Assembly (NCBI RefSeq): GCF_963853765.1
Contig: NC_088858.1
Location: 19,530,001 to 19,594,000, forward strand
From: Magallana gigas
Taxonomy: Eukaryota
DNA: 64,000 nt
Direction: 5' to 3'
Shown: positions 1 through 13,252 of the stretch, one piece after another
Numbering within the stretch: the first letter of the stretch is position 1
Layout of the letters: each line of letters opens with the position of its first letter
The notes under the pieces: model-generated
What the model was told of the DNA's origin: nothing
The model's input: the letters and a program-made list of their open reading frames with translations, nothing else
Database searches by the model: none
Program-made: the position numbers and the translations under genes

Positions 1-1903
1 ACATATTTTTAAGAAAAAATCCTTTGTAAAATCATGTGCTTTGAAGTTTTTGCTTGGGAAAGAAATAGATATTTCGTTTATGGAAGATATTGTTGAAACA
101 TTCCATAAAACCATAAAAAATAATGCACATTTTTACTAATCAAAAGCGATTTACAAAAAATTGGGGTAAATCCGTAGGTTTCCCAAGCATGATTCACATT
201 GGTACTTATATTCTCTACCAATTTTACGTAAAATATTCAAATTGTGTTGATCTTTCACCTGCGCCATGCTGGTTTTACATGCATTAAAAGTTCTTCATTC
301 AGTTGTTTACACGTAGCAGGGAGTCTCCAACCCACTTGTTTATAAAAAGTCTTTTACTTGAAACGAAGCTTTAAAACTGCCGATTATTTGATACTGGTTT
401 TTAATATGAATGAATTCTGTACGTCTAGCATTAACGGCGGCATCTATGTAAAGAAAACATGCGGTTTTATAGTGGTTTGATATAATTCATTGCGGAAAAA
501 TGTAGCGGGTAATAGATTTTTTTTCTGCAAAAAAACCTGGTTTATCTTCACAACCAACATGAATCATGTTCATCAGTTCATTAGAAATCAAAGTACTGAA
601 GTACTGACGGGAGTTAATTTTATCGATTATTATTAATTTCAAAATAAACGATATGTTATTTTGCATGACAAGTAGTTTCTAATCTGTATTTGAATTACGC
701 ACATTTTTATAATATGAATTCTCCAGAACTTTTCCGACAAGAATTTCGAGAAAACCCCATATGAATCATGTTGTGTAATATTTAAAGATAGAATTAGTTC
801 CATCAAACTATGTATCAGGGCCCGGTTTTTCGAAAGGTAGTTAACTCTAACACCGTGTTAACTCTGTGTTAAACTCGGTGTTAAAGTTAACGAAATGGTT
901 AAGTGTTTTTCGAAAGTGTGTTAGGGTTTAACCATGTGTTAACTCTGTGTTAACTTTAATCCACCCCCAGTACCTTGGTTAAGATTTAACACAGTGATTA
1001 AATATGGCCGCCAGTGTAATTATTTTGCCACTTCAACTCAAAAAATTGGTATAAGAAGCATTTTTCAGAAATTTTAAAGTTTAAAAAATCTTACATATGA
1101 TTAAGATACGGAAAAGCAACTGGCTTGACATGAACAGTTGCAGTATCTGTGTGATATAATTATGGAAGAAGGATTTTACACATGGTTCATACCCCCTATG
1201 TTGAAGGATCCCTTCATTGGAGGAGGCTGCATTGTTGACATCAGTAAAAGGTACTTTTTTCTTTATTTGACCTTCACATTGATTATATTGTTGTTGTCAC
1301 ATAAGACATTTAACAAAAATTTCCAAAATGATTAGTGAAATGGGTACTATAAGTACAAAAACATTGTACAATTTGTTCCTTGAATTTTTAAAACATTAAT
1401 GAGAAAGGATTTATCAGCTTCTTGATAAATAAATATTGAGTGAACATGTTAGCATAATTTTTTTCAATGTTGTTACTGCATATTAAGATTTATCTCCCTT
1501 TTGACAAAATGCAAGTGGTGGATCAAAATTATTTCTAAAATGTCTATAGTCTAAATAAATGTTATGCATAGTCAAGCAATGTAAAGATACTAAAATTATA
1601 TCTGATTGGAGCAATATTGGTATGATTTTTATGTACATGTATTTTATATTATATCTTCCTTTTTTAAATCACTTTTTTAAAGAATAACTGCATTTTAAAT
1701 TTTTGAAGCATTGACCTTATTTATTTGTTTTCACTGGGCAGATCCCAATCATGATGCACACATTTTTTGAAGTGTATCTATTTCAAATGTATTTTACATT
1801 ATTAATAAATGCATTTCTGACATGTTTTAAGTACATATCTTTATGATTTAAAAAAAATATGTTGTTTTGTATTTTCAATACATTATAAAAATTAATTATT
1901 TAA

Positions 1904-2080
1904 AGATTTGGAAGAAGGAGAACATGGAATGCTCTGCTTGGTGACACTTGCTGTGCTTGATACCTAATTCTCCTCAAGCCATACTTCATGAGGCTCACAA
2001 ACTGCAGCCAAGGAGAAATTTATTCAAACATGCATACCAAGATCAGAAGTGAAATTGAGAGGTTCTTTTGTTTGCATAAG
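1904..2080 (+). pseudogene. Harbinger DDE transposase remnant (exon with in-frame stop)
   Basis: Translates ...LLGDTCCA*YLILLKPYFMRLTNCSQGEIYSNMHTKIRSEIERFFCLHK, resembling the LGDxGY...YN..H...R..IER.FG.LK segment of HARBI1-type transposases. Ends at the donor AAG|GTGTGA. Weaker remnants lie at ~1004-1250 (MAA start) and ~2598-2660. Confidence 0.75.
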
Positions 2081-2936
2081 GTGTGATTCTATTTCTTTTT
2101 TTTTCACTGAAGGTTGGGTATTTTCAGTTGAAGTGACAATTTTTCAATTATCATGGTATTTCACAAACAATTTATAACAGAGCATTTATATGCTTTAAAT
2201 AAGACTAAATATTTTAACATTTAACTGAAAATTTCAATTAGGGAAGTATTAGTTACATTTACTGTACTCTCAATCAACAAACCTGATAAGACTTAATTAC
2301 TGAATTATTAAGAGTTTAATGTCACCTGGATGTGAACTGCTTTGCTAAACCAGAATCATCATCTTTACATGTATATGCATGTAACTCATATCAGACTCAT
2401 ATGCATACAACAGGGTACATACATGTATACATAAATCAGTACATGTTTTCTGTAGTGTCCATTTTAAACAAATTTTGTAATCAGAACTGTTAAAAATTTA
2501 AGGTGAATATGAAGTTTAGTCCCAAACTATGACTATATTTGTCTTTATTTCACAATTGTTGTCTTTTTGTTTACATTTTATCCTTTTTAATTCACAGATT
2601 TGCATGATACAGGAATTAACTGCCTGCATTGTTTATTTGAAGAGGACTTGGAGAGACTGAGAAAGATGAGTATTTGACAACAACCAACCTCTAAGCCTTA
2701 AACACCATGCACCAAGAGAAGGAGAACAATTATTGTGACATTTAATCTAATGTCTACATCCTAATTTATAATTATAATACACAATAGCCAAAAAAAATTG
2801 AATCTCTCTCTCTCTCTCTCCCTCTCTATTAACATGTCTAACATGTTTTTATTATGATATTGTTTAAAGTACATGTACCATAAACTGGAAATTATAATTA
2901 TTAAAGTATGTAAAACAATGCCAATGTAAACCTTTG

Positions 2937-2940
<4 letters not shown>

Positions 2941-2997
<57 letters not shown>
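2941..2997. repeat. (CT)n microsatellite
   Basis: Long pure CT run; a shorter one lies at ~2802-2828. Confidence 0.95.
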
Positions 2998-2999
<2 letters not shown>

Positions 3000-4886
3000 G
3001 TAAAAGAGTATGTTGATTTCTTTATATTTGTTTTTTTATAATATAATAGAGATTTTCATCCAAATATGAAATACTTTAGCTTTTAGGTGTAAATGTTATA
3101 TTGTTGTGTTTTTTATGACAAATTGTAGCAGTTAGAATGTTTTTAATTACCCATGATAGATTAAATATTTAATACATTTATTTTGTATGTTTTTGTCTAT
3201 ATTGTCCTTGTATAAAAATATGCATTTAATACTAGTAAGCCTCTTACCCTTTTATTTAAGGCATATTTTTCTTTCAAATTAAGTTTACATGAAGACAAAT
3301 GCAGTTATCATTGAATACAAAATGTAAAAAAAAAAAAAAATCCAAGTTTTTAGCTCCTACCTGTCCAAAGGTGAAATTTTACACATATATTTACATATAG
3401 TTGAAAAATCACCCATTCCTTCCAATTGTCTCAATTTAAATTACATGTAGGATATGAAAATGTACATTTTACATAAATTAAAATAACATCTGCTATAATA
3501 ACTACTTTTGAAATGAACAAGAAGCAACCATATTTTTATCTTTGTATTAAATTTATGCATTTAATAGGAAAACATGTAAAATTTGAACATTTTTCTTGGA
3601 TTTCTTATCCGTCTCCAGCTACCAGGGTGTGTTTGAATTTTATTTTAATAAAAGGCAGGCATCACACTAGCAGGTCTTATTTATTTTATCAAGGTTGGAA
3701 AGGGAGTAGAATTAGAAACCAGAATAAATAAGATTTTTATTAGATATGATTGTTAAGCTTGCTTTTTAAGAAATTTAAACAAGTAATCACATGCAGGACG
3801 GCATGTATGTAATTTGTCTCTAAAATGCTACAATTCATCCAATTTTCAAAATAGGTCAATTTTTAGTGTCGGTGATATATGTTTTCAAATATGTGTGAGA
3901 ATTGACACTAGGAATTGCCACAAGTTTCATAATATTAGGTGAAAGATTTCAAACCACTTCTTTTTATCAAAATCAATACATAGGAGGAGGTTATGCATGC
4001 AAGGGTATTTCTAAGTGATGTGGTGCTTTTAGAATGATAATATCATGTAGATAGTATGCAGTATTGAATAAGGTTTCCTATTAAAAGAGGTTGAACAACA
4101 AATGACCTCTTAGAGATTAAGTAAAGATGTTTTGCTGAAGAAGAACCATATATGAGTCTATGTTAAATAGAGTAAAGTGGAAATGGTGGGTTCACTTAAA
4201 TGACCATATATTTCTCAGACCTCAATGAAATTGGCAATATGCGGTATACTTTTTCTCAAAATTGCATAAGCTTTCTTATTCCAAGACAAATTGTCTTTTC
4301 ATAGAATATTAGTGTAAGTTAAACCCTATAAATTAATTAGAAAATTTGTTGAGCCTTTGACCTGTATTTTATGATACATGTACCTAGTAATTAATTTACA
4401 CATTGAAAGGAATTTATAATGGTATTTTGAAGCTATTACATTGTACTTTAATGGTGTTATATAGACAACAAGAAAAGAAAGAAATAATTTGGAAAATTGC
4501 ATACTATATAGAATGGAACCCTGGAAATGATATAGATGTTCAACATATAATTATATCAATAATATTTCACTAAATTCAAACTTATTGAAATCCCAAAGCA
4601 AAATCTTCTTTTTTCTTCATATATAGGAAGTAGAAATGAATTATGGGTAACCAAGTGATTACCAAGTGGTTAACTTGGTTAACACAGTGTTAGCTAACCA
4701 ATGCGTTAAATTACTTTTGATCAACAGAATTTAACCACTGTGTTAGCTAATCACTTGATTAGGATTTAACATGTCGTTATCCTTAACACAGTGTTAAATT
4801 TAACCACCTTTCGAAAAACCGGGCCCAGTAATCGAAATATTTGTAAAAATTGTACACATGTCTGGATCCAAGCAATATTGAACTCC

Positions 4887-4998
4887 AGTCTCATTTAACC
4901 AGACGCTCGGCTGTCACTGTTAATCTCCGACTACCAAGAGAGACTCTCTGTTTGTCGGAGATTTACGGAGACAGCCGAGCGTCTGGATGAACGAGACT
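4887..4998. mobile_element. Foldback/MITE-like hairpin
   Basis: Arms agtctc..ccagacgctcggctgtc..tctccgac and gtcggaga..gacagccgagcgtctgg..gagact are reverse complements. Confidence 0.7.
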
Positions 4999-5376
4999 AA
5001 ATTGAACTCTGGCGTAGGAACACATACGACTACAAAAAATATCAAAATTGTTCGTACTATTTAAAATCTGACTATTTTCAAGGTATTACTAAATGCGTTT
5101 CCTTGTAAATAATGGTTTAGCATACAGTACACCGAATTTATCTGTTATTTTCAAGAACTATGTCTTGTCAGCGGTGATGATTTGTGCTTAGGTCCAGACA
5201 CTGTTTCACTTTCGGTTTGCCAGAGTAACTGCATAGGAGAGTTGATTAAAATCAACTCCCCAAAACGAAACAACAGACAGTCATCTATTGGAATTTGAGT
5301 CTGTTATCATCGAAATTATTTCATGCAGTCCGTGATATTTCTTGGGTTGTGAATTAGGTTTCGACTGATCAATATA

Positions 5377-5630
5377 TTAGAACCATTTTAACAAGAGCTT
5401 GGACTTTGGGTATATGTCAAACAGCAATGTGACGTAGACCTGTCTATATCATTGCTGGCCACTTGGCCTTAGCTCATTGAAATCAACTAGATTTGTCTGG
5501 CTTTTGAGCTAAGACTACGCGATCGCTGTATATTTCACTTCAAACCTGAGTCATTTTGCACTTGATTTTACACAAGAAATAGATAGTTACACAATACCGA
5601 AAGTCCAAGGTCTTGTTAAAATGGTTCTAA
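5377..5630. mobile_element. MITE with ~35-bp TIR
   Basis: TTAGAACCATTTTAACAAGAGCTTGGACTTTGGGTAT and its near-perfect reverse complement; the paralogous segment near 13820 lacks the insert (empty site). Confidence 0.8.
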
Positions 5631-5876
5631 TTGGTTAGAATTGGATTGCGTAGCAAGTTTCTATAGAGTTGTTAATTAACAATCAATTTCCGTAAAAAAT
5701 AATAAGATTTATTCTTAGTGGATGTAAATGTATTAACTTACATGTCTCATAGTGTATTGTTCTCTTTCTTCGAAGGATATACAAATTTAATTCAAAATGC
5801 TACACACACACACACACACACACACACGTCTAATGCATTTGCATAACATTTCTTAAAAACTATTTTTAACGTCCCT

Positions 5877-6675
5877 CATCTTCGCTAGCCAAGGGTTTTC
5901 GGTCCTCTTTGCTCCCCATAAACCTTACGAAAACTCGGCGACAAGCTACGTTTTATGATTGGCTGCAGCTGCGAGTAGCTGATCCAAGTGCGTGTAAATA
6001 TAAACACATGTGTGATCTTTGGTGAAACATTCGGTGCTTTTAACATGTTGAGGCTCAAGTTCTCGAATACAGTGCCTCCCCAACGATAGTCTAACCAGGT
6101 TGCTTTAAAAAACAATATATTTTACTGGGATTACACAAAGTACTACAAACTTGTCAAGGCTCGCGTGATAGCATGGGAAGTAAACAGGGCGAATGTAGAA
6201 GTTGCCTATCCCGTTAGTATATACGTTCCTGCTTATGGTTATTGCTTTTAAAGGTTAAATGAGCTCTGTTTTATTTAATTTCTTTGGTTCGCAATATTCA
6301 CAACAACGATACCTGGTTTTTGTCATGAAAGTTTTCATATAAATCGGCGACTTTTTCGCTCCCGGTACAGGTCCTTACAATTTAAAACACTATGAATAAA
6401 ACATTCCGTGCTTTCCCTAGGTTATAACTTAATTCGTATTTAATAGCATCATTAGTATTGTTCCGATATTCGGTAGTCAACATGTTTTCAAGTTGTATTA
6501 ATGCCGTAGTGTGTATATATCCCGTTGCTCAATTCGATTAAAATGTAAATATGCAAGGGGCGCAACTCAAGTTGCTCGCTAGATAGCGCCACCACATCAC
6601 CGAGTTTTCGTAATGAAATCCGCCAAGGGTTTATGGGGAGCAAAGTGGACCGAAAACCCTTGGCTAGCGAAGATG
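5877..6675. mobile_element. Non-autonomous Mutator (MULE)-type element
   Basis: TIR CATCTTCGCTAGCCAAGGGTTTTCGGTCC at both ends; perfect 9-bp TSD AACGTCCCT at 5868-5876 and 6676-6684. Confidence 0.85.
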
Positions 6676-7963
6676 AACGTCCCTCGACACACCAAAATTT
6701 TATTTGATGAGTCGAAAGAGAATCTTTTTTGAAGTATGATTCCATAAATCAGAGATCGATATCGACAGTCAGCACTTTATTTGACATGAAATTTTTTCAT
6801 TAAAATTGGAAAACTGTTTTGAAGATAAACAGGGTATTTGAGAGTTTCAAAGTTGGTGTTAATTAATGTCTAATATAATCATAAATAAATACTTGCCAAA
6901 GGTTGTTTTGTCAACTATTTATTTTTTAATTAAAAAAAATATATCTGAAAGTCAAAATTGTTATTCCTTTATATTTTTTTATCTATGGATAAAATCTAAA
7001 TAATAACATATAGTCACATAAAGTACTTACTAAACAAAGATATTTTAGAAAGAAATTGAAACGAAAATGCGAAATTCTCGAAAAATTCTTGCTTTTCATT
7101 TTCATAAATATATTTTTTTACAAAAATATTATAGAGTTTATATGGCTTTCTTTGAAATGTATTTAGAGATTTTTGTATTGTGCATTAATTTATATAAGAT
7201 TTTTAGCTCTAAGATATCCTGTTTACAGCTTAAACCATGTTTCCGGTTTCTATAAAAAAAATACCAAAAAAAAAAATATAAAAAATAATTGGAAGCCGAT
7301 ATCGGTGTTCATTTTGTATAATCATTTCTCAAAAATAATTATAAATCGAACCATAAAAAAATTGGTGAGTCAACCACCTTTAAAGAACATGGCAATATTT
7401 ACCATGAGACAACAAGGATTGTTATATTCAGTAGTATATTCTCACTATATAACTCTATATAGACGAATAGTCAATAATTGTAATATCAGCTCGTCCGAAA
7501 AATATTGACCGGTCAATATTTTTTAGATATTGACCGGCTAGGAATAATATCTAGAGAACATTCCCTCTATTTCAAATAATCGCCTCTGATTTGTTGATTC
7601 GTAAACGGTGACGTAAATAATTCTTCGCGACTCCAAAACAAGGTGACGTCATAATAGACAGTCAGTCAAGGCAAGTAAACAACGAACGCGCAATGCAACG
7701 GTTTGCTATCATAACGGATATAAGGATTTGCGAATTACTGTGAAGTAAAATCAGGTAGAACACCTGTCTGATAATTCTTACGGTCGGCGGAATATCACAA
7801 GTGACCGTTTGATGCTGAGGATATTTTGGAAATGAACTTTGCACAAAATTGAATTCGTGAATTCTTTGTTGAGCTGAGAAAATTACGGCGATCTGTTTTC
7901 AATTAATTTCTTAAATTTTGGTTTGTTTCTTCATATAACAAAACAAATGTTGACTGTGTTTTC

Positions 7964-8067
7964 GGGCAACATTGATTATATTAGCCCCCTTGGGACGAAA
8001 ATATTGCCCTCCGCTTCGCGTCGGGCAATATTTCGTCCCTCGGGGGCTAATATAATCAATGTTGCCC
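7964..8067. repeat. Long foldback hairpin (part of an unclassified non-autonomous element, ~7370-8098)
   Basis: gggcaacattgattatattagccccc...gggggctaatataatcaatgttgccc with inner stem aatattgccc/gggcaatatt and apex cgcttcgcg. Confidence 0.8.
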
Positions 8068-8289
8068 TCAACCCCAGTCAATATTTGTATAGTAATAACC
8101 GTATGAACTGCAGATATCGACAGTTGTAGATAGGGTATAGAATCGCAACTCTTTAACTACTAACATCTAAAACTTATTGTTGTACTTAGTCTAGTATTTT
8201 AAAAAGAATGCAAATCTTTATTCGTTCAGGATTCTCTTTTCGAGAATACATGTATGTGAATGATACATCATTTAAGTAGTAGTTATTGT

Positions 8290-8398
8290 ATATTTATTAT
8301 GGTGTATCCTGAATTATTTGGACGAAGGGCGGTGACGAGTGCGAAGCACGAGTCTCCGCCTTTCGTCCAAATAATTCAGGATACACCATAATAAATAT
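8290..8398. repeat. Long foldback hairpin element
   Basis: atatttattatggtgtatcctgaattatttggacgaa and ttcgtccaaataattcaggatacaccataataaatat; apex gtgcgaagcac. Confidence 0.85.
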
Positions 8399-9086
8399 TC
8401 AATAACTTTCTTGTATCATGGGCCAATTAAAACATCAGTGAGTGTCTTGTGACAAGTGTTTGATGCCTGATTTTCAACTTGACCAATAGTAAGTGTCTTA
8501 ATAAGAGTGTCTGATGCGTGATATTAATTTTGACCAATAAAAAAAAAGATTTCGTCAAGTGACTGCGTGCATATTCTCTCTTTCCCGCCAGTATATTCTT
8601 CGACGCATTGTTTGACCTGCTGTTAAAGAGAGAGGATGTCTAATTTAAAAGTTGATTTTTTCCCCCAAAAAGTGAAAATTTTGGAGTCACTTTTAAGTCG
8701 ACACATGCTTATAATCCATATCTTTAAGTAATTTAAAAGAATTGGCTTGTAGGCAAAACTTTTCCCAGGTGTATGGAAGATCGGCCTTAAGAATTTCAAA
8801 GAATGAAGCAGATTTTTTTAGTTTTGCGTAGTTTTACTTCATTATCAATTCCTATGCTCTTTAATCTAATTAACACATTCTTTAATTTGAAGTACACAAA
8901 TAAACTAAAAATCTATCTTTCATTGGAATAATTCCAACATGAAACATATATTAAAAAATCAAAGCTTCTCAGAAATGTTGTATTTTGATCTACATGCAAA
9001 GGGATCGATACCTTGGTTTCATATTCCAGAACAGATTCTGTTTCATTATAATTACATGTAAGTACCAGACCATCAATGTACAACAG

Positions 9087-9094
9087 TATATAAA
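9087..9094 (+). promoter_or_regulatory. TATA box of FReD copy A
   Basis: TATATAAA 46 nt upstream of the ATG at 9133; the same cagTATATAAAgcag context is conserved upstream of the paralogs on the - strand. Confidence 0.75.
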
Positions 9095-9132
9095 GCAGAC
9101 TGTTGACTGTTCTAGGTCGACAACAATTCACA

Positions 9133-11656
9133 ATGTGGACACTGGTTGTTATCACGATGGTCATGTTGGGTGTTGATGCCAAGGGAATCAAACTTCACCT
9201 CTCAGGTAGGTACATAGATTTATTTCATATAAGACTTGATGTTCTTTGGTGACCATATTTAGACGACATTGGTCTCATTAAGAAGAAGACCTCTGTATTT
9301 AATCATAGGAAAATGTTCAAATTTTAAAGCATAATGTTTTGGAATTTTTCTTTGCTAAAAATCTTGTTTATAGTTTAATGAGTTGAGGGTAGATCTGATG
9401 GCTAGTTTGGTGACCACTCAGCCTTTTTTAAAATGTGGGATAGGACACTTCCATGTTGTGACGTATTGTTTATCGAAATAAACAATAAAATAAGATGTAA
9501 CTAAGATGAGAAGTTCGTTCCCACTATTGTCAACTAACGTTGTAGCGGAGTGGGAAAAAGGGTTTACTAAAAAGATAAAAAAGAGGGTATACTGAGAATC
9601 TGTAAGTCATGTGTTCGAATCCCGCTGGGGCTTTTATAAATTTTACCTCTCCAAATATTTTAAAAGCTTATTTTTTGGTAAAATATTGTAAAATTATAAA
9701 ATTCTAAACAGGTACAAGTATTTCAATTATAATGTACTTTAATTCATAGATGTCCCATACCACCTGAAATAAAATGCGCGTACTATAGTAGAGTGTCACA
9801 TTGTTCACATCCCGTTCTAGATGAGATGAAGACCATGTTAGAAAAATCTAACTGGGACCACCAGGACACAGCACTGTCAATTCACGGTCCAATGACTCTG
9901 GACGTCCAGTCAAGCTTTAAACTGAAGAAGGGACAAGTGTTTCTAAAATCTCGTAAGAACAAACTCAATGGAAATTAAAATAGCATAACAATGATGATCT
10001 CCAGTTTTCTCAAAATTTTCAACAGTTTTTAAAGGGGTCCATAGCAGACACAAGGACTGTGCTGATATAAAGAAACACAGACCGTTGAGTAGAGATGGAG
10101 TGTACACAATTTACCCAACACCGGGGACAAACAAGACAGTGTTCTGTGACATGACCACTGATGGAGGGGGGTGGACGGTGAGTAGTCGAAATTGTGGGCA
10201 AAATTTAGCAACTTTAAAAGAGACGAGGTAATGATTTGAAAATTTTCAAAATTTAAGAGTTTACAATGTTTAACAAAACTGCAGTAAAGTATTACTAATA
10301 CAATGTATTTAGTTATTTACATGGTTTGTACATTCATCTTTGTATTGTATTTTTCGTGATTGTATAGTGAGCTGCTTTCAACGGTTCACTATCGAATTTC
10401 TGTTTGGAAAATGCATTTTGTCGTAAAAATGTTCAATATATATACTTTTATGAATATAAATGGGGAATATTTATATGATATAAGAATTTTAAAATATGTG
10501 CACACTTTTTATATCTGTAATGCTTTACTAGGGTATTCGTTGAGGTTATGCCTCTTTCTGCATCTTCGTTAGCCAATAATTTACGATCTACCTTGTACAT
10601 GAGGGGAGCGGATCGTAAACCCTTAGCTAGGCTAGCAAAGATGCTCTTACTGTTACGATAGGTTTTTTTCGGTAATTATAAAAAAAAATAATACTAGATA
10701 TTATATAGCTATTCCTATCGTCAACAATTTTTCATACACATTGATAATTTTTAAAAATATCCAAATGTTTCACTATGCAAGCAAATCTAAATCTCTTTTT
10801 TTTTCAATGTTTGGAGTAATTCATTAATATTTGTGAACTAGTAGGTAATCCAAAGGCGATTGGATGGAGAAACAGATTTCTACAGAAACTGGAAAGATTA
10901 CAAAAATGGCTTTGGTCACGCTGACCATGAGTACTGGTTGGAGGTCGATGCAGATTTTATTATGATGCACAAGGATAAAACAGTTTTTTACAATTCCCAA
11001 TACATGTATTTTGCAATTGTTCATTTGCAGGAAACGACGCCATAAATGCCCTGACAAAAGATAAAAATCAGATTCTTAGAATTGATATGATGAAATTTTC
11101 AAGAGAGAAAGGTCATGCGATATATTCGTCATTTTTTGTGGATAACGAAGCCAACAAGTACAAACTGACGCTTGGAAGTTTCAACGGAACCAAGGGATTG
11201 GGTACATTTACATTTTATGGTTGTCTCTTATAAACCATCGAAATCGTTTTCGACCTGCTGATGTTCATAAATGGTATACATGTATGTATAATGCTGATAT
11301 TTTAGAAAAAGAAGAGGGTTGTATAAAATATAATATATCATTTGTTTATATATAAAATATTGATTATACATGTAATTATATATGGTCTGTGATATTTATT
11401 TTATTCTAACTTCAGGAGATAGTTTAAGCACCTCCAACAACATGTACTTCAGTACAAAGGATAGAGATAATGACAACGTAGGTGATACACATTGTGTACA
11501 AACATACACATCACCGGGGTGGATGAATAGGTGCTTTCATACTAATTTGAATGGTGTGTACAAAAAAACCTCTCGTAAAGACACTGGCAAAGATGGGGAG
11601 AGATGGTGCCGCTTAAGTCGGCAAAAATGATGATACGACCCAAGCAAACCAATTAA
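9133..11656 (+). pseudogene. Fibrinogen-related (FReD) secreted protein, copy A, probably disabled
   Basis: Exons 9133-9205 (signal peptide [18 protein letters not shown]), 9821-9952, 10035-10177 (DCADI...[12 protein letters not shown]), 10845-10941 (VIQRRLDG...EYWL), 11031-11201, 11416-~11656. The exon-4 donor lacks GT and the last exon is frameshifted relative to the paralogs. Confidence 0.85.
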
Positions 11657-12346
11657 ACAACAACTCGGTAAAAATAAATTTGGTGTATAAATCATTGTTT
11701 ATTTTTTCGTGATTGAAACTAATAAAGAAAAATAAAGACAAGTATTTAAAGTGTTGTCAGCTACATTTGATTTACTGTTAAGGAATAGAAAAATAAGTAA
11801 TAAAAATGTTGGTCGTTTTCATAACTAATTTTTTTGTCTGCATCTTTATTGTCATAGAATGGATATGCAAGAATACAAATAGATTGTTTCAAAATCTATA
11901 AGAAAGAAACAGCATTCTAACTAAAATTCAAACCAAAATCCATATAAAAAAGAGCTAAACAGTTTATATTTTTCTGCAAGGCTAATAAATATTATCGACG
12001 AACATATTTCAACGATAATCTTGAAAGTTGCTTGAAACTGGTCAGCAAAAGAAGTTAAAAGTAACAGACTTCATTGAAGTTATTCTCTCACGTGCATTTT
12101 TTTTAATAATTTTTCAGTATAGGTATCATTTACATTTTCCAGTATATTTGACTGTGATAACACTACCAATCAAATGTAACGTTTAGTTCAACTTTTTCAT
12201 CAATGACGCTGTGGCAAATGAAATACTGTTGGGGCGCAGGCATAATTGTAATGGGGTTTGCATACTAGTAATTATACGAATGAAAATAACTTAAAAATGT
12301 AAAAGATTTATTTGCACAGTATTGGTGAAAAATACATAGATATAAG

Positions 12347-12506
12347 TTATAAGGAATCATTCTTTGAATATTGTGATGTGATTAAATACGGTCGAAGGTG
12401 ATCAAATCTATAATCAATAAATCCCTTCGGGCTTAATTTGATTTCATCACGCTCCAACAGTATATATTTGATCACCCCATAATACTCAAATAATGATTCC
12501 TTATAA
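12347..12506. mobile_element. Small foldback element with TIR ATAAGGAATCATT
   Basis: ttataaggaatcatt...aatgattccttataa; inner gatcaaat/atttgatc arms; apex cccttcggg. Confidence 0.7.
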
Positions 12507-13095
12507 GTATATAACCAAAATAAACATGTATAAAAATATATACATGTTGGTTATGTCAATTTGAAATTAACTTAACCTATGAATTTTTATTCCTAGAATA
12601 TAATCAACATTATACTTATATTTATATAATTTTCAGCAATTGTACATGACACACGGATATGTCTTAAACTACTCTCACTGTATATGGTCCAAAAAGTGTG
12701 CTTGGTAATACATGTATATTTTTGTCCACGGGCACTCTCCCTTCGTCAATGTTGGGCATTGATCTTCGATACATAAAATTCAGCCTTTCAACCGCCCTTG
12801 AATATGACATATTTTGTCGCCTCCAACAGCGTCTAGTGATACACAATTGTTGATAATTCATTATTTTACCATAAAATAAAATTTTAAACCAAAAACTAAG
12901 GTTTCACCGCAAAACCAGTTACAATTTATACATTTTAAGTTTTCAACAAAAATTAAAAGCATCGCCGAAATAAACTATCGTAATAGACTTTGACATGTGA
13001 CTTTTATATTTGAGGAAAACGTTAAACGCAAAGTAATCTTAGACGTGATTGAACGGGCCTGGAAAAACAATGTTTTATCTTGAGCCCCACCGTTA

Positions 13096-13252
13096 NNNNN
13101 NNNNNNNNNNNNNNNNNNNNNNNNNNNNNNNNNNNNNNNNNNNNNNNNNNNNNNNNNNNNNNNNNNNNNNNNNNNNNNNNNNNNNNNNNNNNNNNNNNNN
13201 NNNNNNNNNNNNNNNNNNNNNNNNNNNNNNNNNNNNNNNNNNNNNNNNNNNN
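13096..13252. other. Assembly gap (N run)
   Basis: Run of N. Confidence 1.

Larger units (their letters stand above)
819..4825 (+). mobile_element. Decayed PIF/Harbinger DNA transposon
   Basis: TIR GGCCCGGTTTTTCGAAAGGT at 819 and its reverse complement ending at 4825; 3-bp CAG target duplication (816-818, 4826-4828); subterminal TTAAC/GTTAA repeat arrays at both ends; internal transposase remnant. Confidence 0.88.

Noticed and set aside
8985-9176. Apparent in-frame TGA in a C-U-C context (possible selenocysteine) conserved across FReD paralogs
   Set aside because: Wrong frame: the true frame from ATG 9133 reads GGT GTT GAT GCC within the signal peptide.
8913-9191. Recurrent ORFs [10 protein letters not shown]... 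(also 51748-51948) and other antisense ORFs over FReD, LRR1, K2P and TRMT5 exons
   Set aside because: Shadow frames of real exons; their conservation simply reflects the paralogous genes.
12640-12870. GC-richer patch with a 65-aa - strand ORF next to the N gap
   Set aside because: No recognisable domain in any frame and stops in the exon-like frames; left unannotated.
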